Shown here piece by piece: positions 26,045 to 30,659 of a stretch of 30,659 nucleotides of DNA. Every line of letters starts with the position of its first letter. Position 1 is the stretch's first letter. The notes beneath the pieces were generated by a model. That model was not told the DNA's origin. It made no database searches and saw nothing but the letters and a program-made list of their open reading frames with translations. The DNA is from Candidatus Hermodarchaeota archaeon (GTDB lineage Archaea; Asgardarchaeota; Lokiarchaeia; Sigyniarchaeales; SOKP01): the NCBI GenBank assembly GCA_048885535.1, contig JBHLLO010000034.1, positions 1 to 30,659 on the forward strand, in the 5' to 3' direction. Both the position numbers and the translations under genes were made by a program.

Positions 26045-27943
26045 TCATTTCTCCTTAGTCTTTATTAATTTAAGTTTATCCTCCTCAATATTAACATCAT
26101 GTTCTACTTCAAATTTCTTGGAATCATCTACTTCTCGTTTTATGATAATATCTCTCCTTTCCTCAGCATACTTATTCTCTTTTAACTTAATTGCAGGTAT
26201 CCCAAAATATACCCAAGCAGGCTTTAGAATTTGATTCACTGTCGTAGTGGAAATAGCTCCTATAACAGAATCACTCCCCATTATAGTTCCAGGAGCTATA
26301 GTCGTATGACCACCTACTAAAACGTAATCTCCAAATATTACTGGTTTTATAATCAAATATTTGCCGACAATCATAGAGGACATAATCGTAGCACCTTGAC
26401 CAATTAAATTTTTCCTTCCAAAAGTAATAAATTCTCCATCACACCATGCATCATTAAGATGGCTTGAGAAGTCCATTTTTGTACCGAACCATCTAAATGC
26501 TAATACATCAAGCCATGGAAGTGGAGAATTTCTTAAAAACCATAGGGCGATTTTCTTTAATTCTGTACGTAACATCCAAAATTCATAATCTGTATCACCA
26601 ATTTCGGCAATAAATATACCTTCCTTAGGTTTATGGATTAAATTTACGAGAATTAATAGTAATTTGCAAAATAGCAAAACTCCAAGAATAAAAATATATA
26701 ACATAAGAATAATAGCTATAGGAAGATATAAAATTGAGTTTATATGAAAATGATTTGGATATAAATACCATCCTTTTGTTATCTCATACCAAAACAAACA
26801 AATAAACAAGCCAGTCAACCATAAGATCGGCAAGTATACTGCTAAGAATTTAATATTAACTCTGCTAATTGCACTCGTAGTTGTAAAATCTAAAGCTAAA
26901 TCTTCTTTCGTCAAGTTTTCGATGTCGATATGCTCGAGCTCATTAACATCAAGCACTTCTTCTTCGTAATCATCCTCTTCTTCAAGCTCTTCTTCTTTAA
27001 TAGCAGAATCACTCGAAATTTCTTTTTCTTCTTCTTTTTTCTTCTTTTTCTTAACATATTCCTCTGGATTTTCATTTTTCTTTAAATCTTCTTCAGTTAT
27101 TCCTAGCCATCTCATAGTTTTTTTCCTAAAAATCTTCCTGAGGGGAAGACCAAAATAATAATTATTTTCTCCTTTAAGAACGCTATGTGCATTAGTTGAT
27201 GCTAATGGAAGTAAATAAGCATCATTTTTAATATCAGATCCTGGTCCAACCTGATTCATAGCGGCAAAAGTAACATTATCTCCAATATAAATTTTAAAGT
27301 AATTAATATTGCCAAATATTCCAGTAAGGATATGACTAGCTAACGTTGAATTAACTCCGAAGTAGCAATTTTTTCCTACATCTATGAATTTGTCAGAGCC
27401 CACTGACTCTTCAATAGTTGTCCCTCTCCCAACCTTAGAATCAATCTGCTTGAGATACCAATTAGATAACCAAGGAAAAGCTCCTTTATTAAAGACATTT
27501 TTTCCGTATTTATACATGAAGCTTCTTAAATGGTAATAATTCGCTGTCTTACTCTTAATATTTCTGGGAATAATTCCATCTTTAGAAGGGGATATCTTCT
27601 CTGTAATTTTCCAAAAAATTCTTGTGATGATTCCAATTATAATTAACCTAACCAAATACCCTGCTATTATGATTAAGGGCATGCCTAGAAAGGACAGTAA
27701 AGGTTCTAATTCAGTAAATAAGGAGAAGAAATTTGCGGTTTCTAAAAAATTAGGAAGAAGAACATATAGAACATAACCAAAAAATATGAATCCTGGAACT
27801 AACCAAGAACCATAATAAATAATTAAAAATATTGATAGGTATAAATGAAATTGAAGGCTTACTTCTTCCTTAACTACTTCTTCTTCTTCACTTTTATCTG
27901 AATCTTCATTTTTTGTTGAATCTTCAGACATTTTTTTCATCAA
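26045..27943 (-). CDS. Membrane-bound left-handed beta-helix acyltransferase-like protein, two tandem units
   Basis: Two copies of [2 TM + P(K/S)xxG + LbH + YFG(L/I)P] joined by a K/E/D-rich linker; 3 nt from the next gene. Confidence 0.82.
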   Translation of the reverse strand: MMKKMSEDSTKNEDSDKSEEEEVVKEEVSLQFHLYLSIFLIIYYGSWLVPGFIFFGYVLYVLLPNFLETANFFSLFTELEPLLSFLGMPLIIIAGYLVRLIIIGIITRIFWKITEKISPSKDGIIPRNIKSKTANYYHLRSFMYKYGKNVFNKGAFPWLSNWYLKQIDSKVGRGTTIEESVGSDKFIDVGKNCYFGVNSTLASHILTGIFGNINYFKIYIGDNVTFAAMNQVGPGSDIKNDAYLLPLASTNAHSVLKGENNYYFGLPLRKIFRKKTMRWLGITEEDLKKNENPEEYVKKKKKKEEEKEISSDSAIKEEELEEEDDYEEEVLDVNELEHIDIENLTKEDLALDFTTTSAISRVNIKFLAVYLPILWLTGLFICLFWYEITKGWYLYPNHFHINSILYLPIAIILMLYIFILGVLLFCKLLLILVNLIHKPKEGIFIAEIGDTDYEFWMLRTELKKIALWFLRNSPLPWLDVLAFRWFGTKMDFSSHLNDAWCDGEFITFGRKNLIGQGATIMSSMIVGKYLIIKPVIFGDYVLVGGHTTIAPGTIMGSDSVIGAISTTTVNQILKPAWVYFGIPAIKLKENKYAEERRDIIIKREVDDSKKFEVEHDVNIEEDKLKLIKTKEK

Positions 27944-28098
27944 TTATAATTTTAAAAAGGTTAAATTAATACCTTATTAATATTTACTTAAAATTTCTGT
28001 GCTGTATTTATATTAGTTATTTTTTTTATCTTTTAAAGTTATATTATTAACATTTTCATGATTATTTTGAATTTAGAAATAGGTTATTAGTATTGATC

Positions 28099-28497
28099 AT
28101 GAATGAAACAAAACAAATTTGCAAGAACTGCGGAAAATGTTGCCAAAAAACAGAAATGTTGTTATCAGAACAAGATATTCAGTTAATTGAACAAATTCAT
28201 TTCGATTTAAAAAGAGATGGTTTTACAGTATTAAATAAAACAGGCAGGCGTCAATTAAAAAATAAAGATAACTCCTGCTTTTTCTTTGATAATATAACTA
28301 AACTGTGCAAAATATATAAGATCAGACCACAAGGTTGCAGATTTTATCCAATTATTTATGATAATGACCAAGGAATATGCATTTATGATAAAGACTGCCC
28401 AAGAGTTGAAAGATTCTACTTAAATGAGATCCAATTTAAGGAGATATGCAATAATATCAAAAACTTTTTAAAATCCGAATTAAAAATTAAATTGTAA
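28099..28497 (+). CDS. YkgJ family cysteine-cluster protein
   Basis: CKNCGKCC, CFFFD, CKIYKIRPQGCRFYP; ATG 28099 preferred. Confidence 0.9.
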   Translation: MNETKQICKNCGKCCQKTEMLLSEQDIQLIEQIHFDLKRDGFTVLNKTGRRQLKNKDNSCFFFDNITKLCKIYKIRPQGCRFYPIIYDNDQGICIYDKDCPRVERFYLNEIQFKEICNNIKNFLKSELKIKL

Positions 28498-29494
28498 AAA
28501 TAGTTTTGATGTGATCTCTACTTATTTCGTATGAACTAAAGGCTTTATAAAATTTTTCTAAGGGATATTCTTTTGAGATTAGCTCTTTAACTTTAATTTG
28601 TCCTGATTTTATACCTTCTATAGCCTTTTCAAATGGTCCACATCTGCTAGTATACAAGGTGATCTCCCGTACAACCATATCTGTCAAATTTATTTTAGTA
28701 TCTAATCCATGTGTGCTTTTTATATGTATTTTACCTCGAGTTTTACAGGATTTAATAATATCTGAAAGCGCATTTGGATTACCAGTAGCATCTAAAGTTA
28801 TGTCCGCTCCTATACCATTTGTGATTTGTTTAATTTGATACGGCAAATCATTGACTTGAAGGCGGTTTATGGTGTGTTTTACACCAAAATTCCTTCCTAA
28901 TTCAAGTTTTTTAGCAGATCCATCGATTAGAATCGTTTGTAATCCCTTTAAATTTGAAACTTGAGCAATTAGTAAACCCAACTTCCCAGCACCAAAGATA
29001 GCGATAGTTTTATCATTATCATTTAAGGGCATCATTTCAAAGATTTGATAAGCTGCAGCTAAGGGTTCAATAAACGTAGCTTCTTTAAAAGAAATTTCTT
29101 CTGGAATTTCGTGTAATAAGTAAGAATCGACGGCAAGATATTCGGCAAAAGCACCATCTATGTCAATTCCTATGGCTTTTCGTGATATGCACTGAGTAAA
29201 TATTTTTTGTTGACAATAATTACAATTGAAATCAATATTAGCATTAATTTCTGATGTAACTCGTTTTCCCATCCAGTTAGAATTAACATTTCTACCTATT
29301 TCGACAACTTCACCAGCAAATTCATGACCCAAAACAATCGGTGTAGGTGTAGCTAAATCTCCTTTAGAAATTGCTAGATCTGTTCCACATATCCCTGCAG
29401 CTTTAACTTTGATTAAAATTTGATCATCTGAAATTTTAGGTTTTTCAATATCTTTTAGTGCTAATTTTTTTCCATCAAATAAAATAGCTCTCAT
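28487..29494 (-). CDS. Zinc-dependent alcohol dehydrogenase (MDR family)
   Basis: GICGTD, LGHEFAGEV, GAFAEY, FIEPLAA, GAGKLG and SRCGPF. Confidence 0.92.
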   Translation of the reverse strand: MRAILFDGKKLALKDIEKPKISDDQILIKVKAAGICGTDLAISKGDLATPTPIVLGHEFAGEVVEIGRNVNSNWMGKRVTSEINANIDFNCNYCQQKIFTQCISRKAIGIDIDGAFAEYLAVDSYLLHEIPEEISFKEATFIEPLAAAYQIFEMMPLNDNDKTIAIFGAGKLGLLIAQVSNLKGLQTILIDGSAKKLELGRNFGVKHTINRLQVNDLPYQIKQITNGIGADITLDATGNPNALSDIIKSCKTRGKIHIKSTHGLDTKINLTDMVVREITLYTSRCGPFEKAIEGIKSGQIKVKELISKEYPLEKFYKAFSSYEISRDHIKTIFTI

Positions 29495-29656
29495 AATTTC
29501 TTGAGTTGTTTTAATATTATAAATATAAAAAGCAAATTTCTCAAATTAATTTTAAGCTTTAGATGAAGCTTTTTTATGTAGAATAAGCCTTACCTACTTT
29601 AGCTTTCTTTATTTTAGATATATTAAAATAATAATAAAAATTATAAATGTGATTTT

Positions 29657-30196
29657 ATGAAGAAACCAATATTAGCTTGGGAACTTATTGGTATGGTGTT
29701 TATTACTCTTTTAGGATCTTTTCTTCACTTTCTATTCGAATTATCTGGTTATTTTCCACCAGTAGGAGCAATAGCAGCAGTAAATGAAAGTGTATGGGAA
29801 CATTTGAAGTTAGGATTTTGGCCCTTAGTGTTATTTTCGTTAATTGAGTATCGATTCATTAGAGAAGAGACGAATAATTTTGTAATTGCAAAAGCAATTG
29901 GTGCTTTTGTAATACCTATTGTAATTATTGTGTTCTTTTACTCATACACCGCGATTTTAGGATTTGATTCTCTCTTCTTAGACATTTTTAGCTTTGTCTT
30001 AGCAATAGTAATTGCTCAGTTGGTTAGTTATAAAATATTAACTTTACCAAAAATCTCAAATACTTACACTATTATTTCTTGGATTTCAATCCTCACCCTT
30101 GGAATCTTGTTTGTGGTCTTTACTTATATTCCACCTTACTTTCCTCTTTTTGAAGATCCAGTAACAAGCTCCTATGGAATTGTAATTCCCTCATAG
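29657..30196 (+). CDS. DUF6512-like membrane protein
   Basis: GSFLHFLFE, VNESVWEHLKL, FFYSYT and LFEDP; about 5 TM helices. Confidence 0.75.
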   Translation: MKKPILAWELIGMVFITLLGSFLHFLFELSGYFPPVGAIAAVNESVWEHLKLGFWPLVLFSLIEYRFIREETNNFVIAKAIGAFVIPIVIIVFFYSYTAILGFDSLFLDIFSFVLAIVIAQLVSYKILTLPKISNTYTIISWISILTLGILFVVFTYIPPYFPLFEDPVTSSYGIVIPS

Positions 30197-30282
30197 GCAA
30201 AAAATTAATATTCAAATCAATTTACTTTTTTAATTCTTTTACATATATAACTATCTGAGATAGATTTTATTTGAATAAAATC

Positions 30283-30659
30283 ATGAGCTCGTCAGATTTT
30301 GATAAAGAGGTTCAAACTTATTTTGATACTTCATTTTCCGATATAAAAAGAGTGAATTGGGAAGGATGGTTAGATATTTCAACAAGTGAAGAATATGAAG
30401 AGCTATCCTTAAAATTATCTGGGTTATCTTCAGTTGAGGGGCTTTTTGAAAAGTTAAATACTGAAACAACAGATTCAAAGCAAATTTCTTTGAATTTAGC
30501 AATATTTCTAAAAAATTTTGAAGATTCTTCCATTCCAGTATTATGTCATACTTCTGGAACGACTAATAGTGAGATATCGGCGTTAAAATGGTTTTTTATG
30601 TCTAAAGATATAGTCAAAAGAAGCTGGGCCCCTGGTATGCAAGCTATTTTTGAATCAAG
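30283..30659 (+). CDS. Adenylate-forming (ANL: PaaK/LuxE/GH3-like) enzyme, N-terminal part (runs off the window; not in ORF track)
   Basis: Open frame from ATG 30283: MSSSDFDKEVQTYF...IPVLCHTSGTTNSEISALKWFFMSK. TSGTT..K resembles the ANL phosphate-binding loop. Confidence 0.6.
   Translation, partial: MSSSDFDKEVQTYFDTSFSDIKRVNWEGWLDISTSEEYEELSLKLSGLSSVEGLFEKLNTETTDSKQISLNLAIFLKNFEDSSIPVLCHTSGTTNSEISALKWFFMSKDIVKRSWAPGMQAIFES

Noticed and set aside
29554-29606. Clustered AAGCTT-like hexamers between divergent genes
   Set aside because: Short, irregularly spaced and plausible by chance in AT-rich DNA.
1504-30533. Short track ORFs at 1504, 6638, 10355, 12850, 13607, 14437, 17529, 20443, 20846, 23914, 30281 and 30318
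   Set aside because: All lie antisense within better-supported genes and have no recognisable motifs.

Overview
Very AT-rich, gene-dense chromosomal window. The longin-like protein, SDS22-type LRR protein, two SCP2-like proteins, AlaX-M and multiple CCG/Fe-S proteins suggest an Asgard archaeon, probably Lokiarchaeia/Promethearchaeia (inference, not proven here). Content in order: three tandem radical SAM genes; an SCP2 + 2-hydroxyacyl-CoA dehydratase operon; assorted hydrolases and oxidoreductases; an SCP2 + FAD oxidoreductase + CCG operon; an LRR gene coupled to a glutamate dehydrogenase homolog with a remodelled substrate pocket; a longin-like gene; AlaX; a split three-unit membrane/left-handed beta-helix module resembling the terminal part of poly-lysine synthetase; and a partial adenylate-forming enzyme. 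The strongest hidden signal lies in the apparent 750-nt intergenic gap at 23035-23791, which the ORF track misses. It holds two tandem paralogous zinc-ribbon microproteins. The TGA ending the first (TGA-TAA) aligns without gaps to a Cys of the second, and about 40 nt downstream is a kink-turn hairpin with the AUGA/AAA/GA layout of a eukaryote-type SECIS. This points to a candidate new 37-aa selenoprotein next to its Cys paralog. I saw no rRNA, tRNA, CRISPR array or mobile element.
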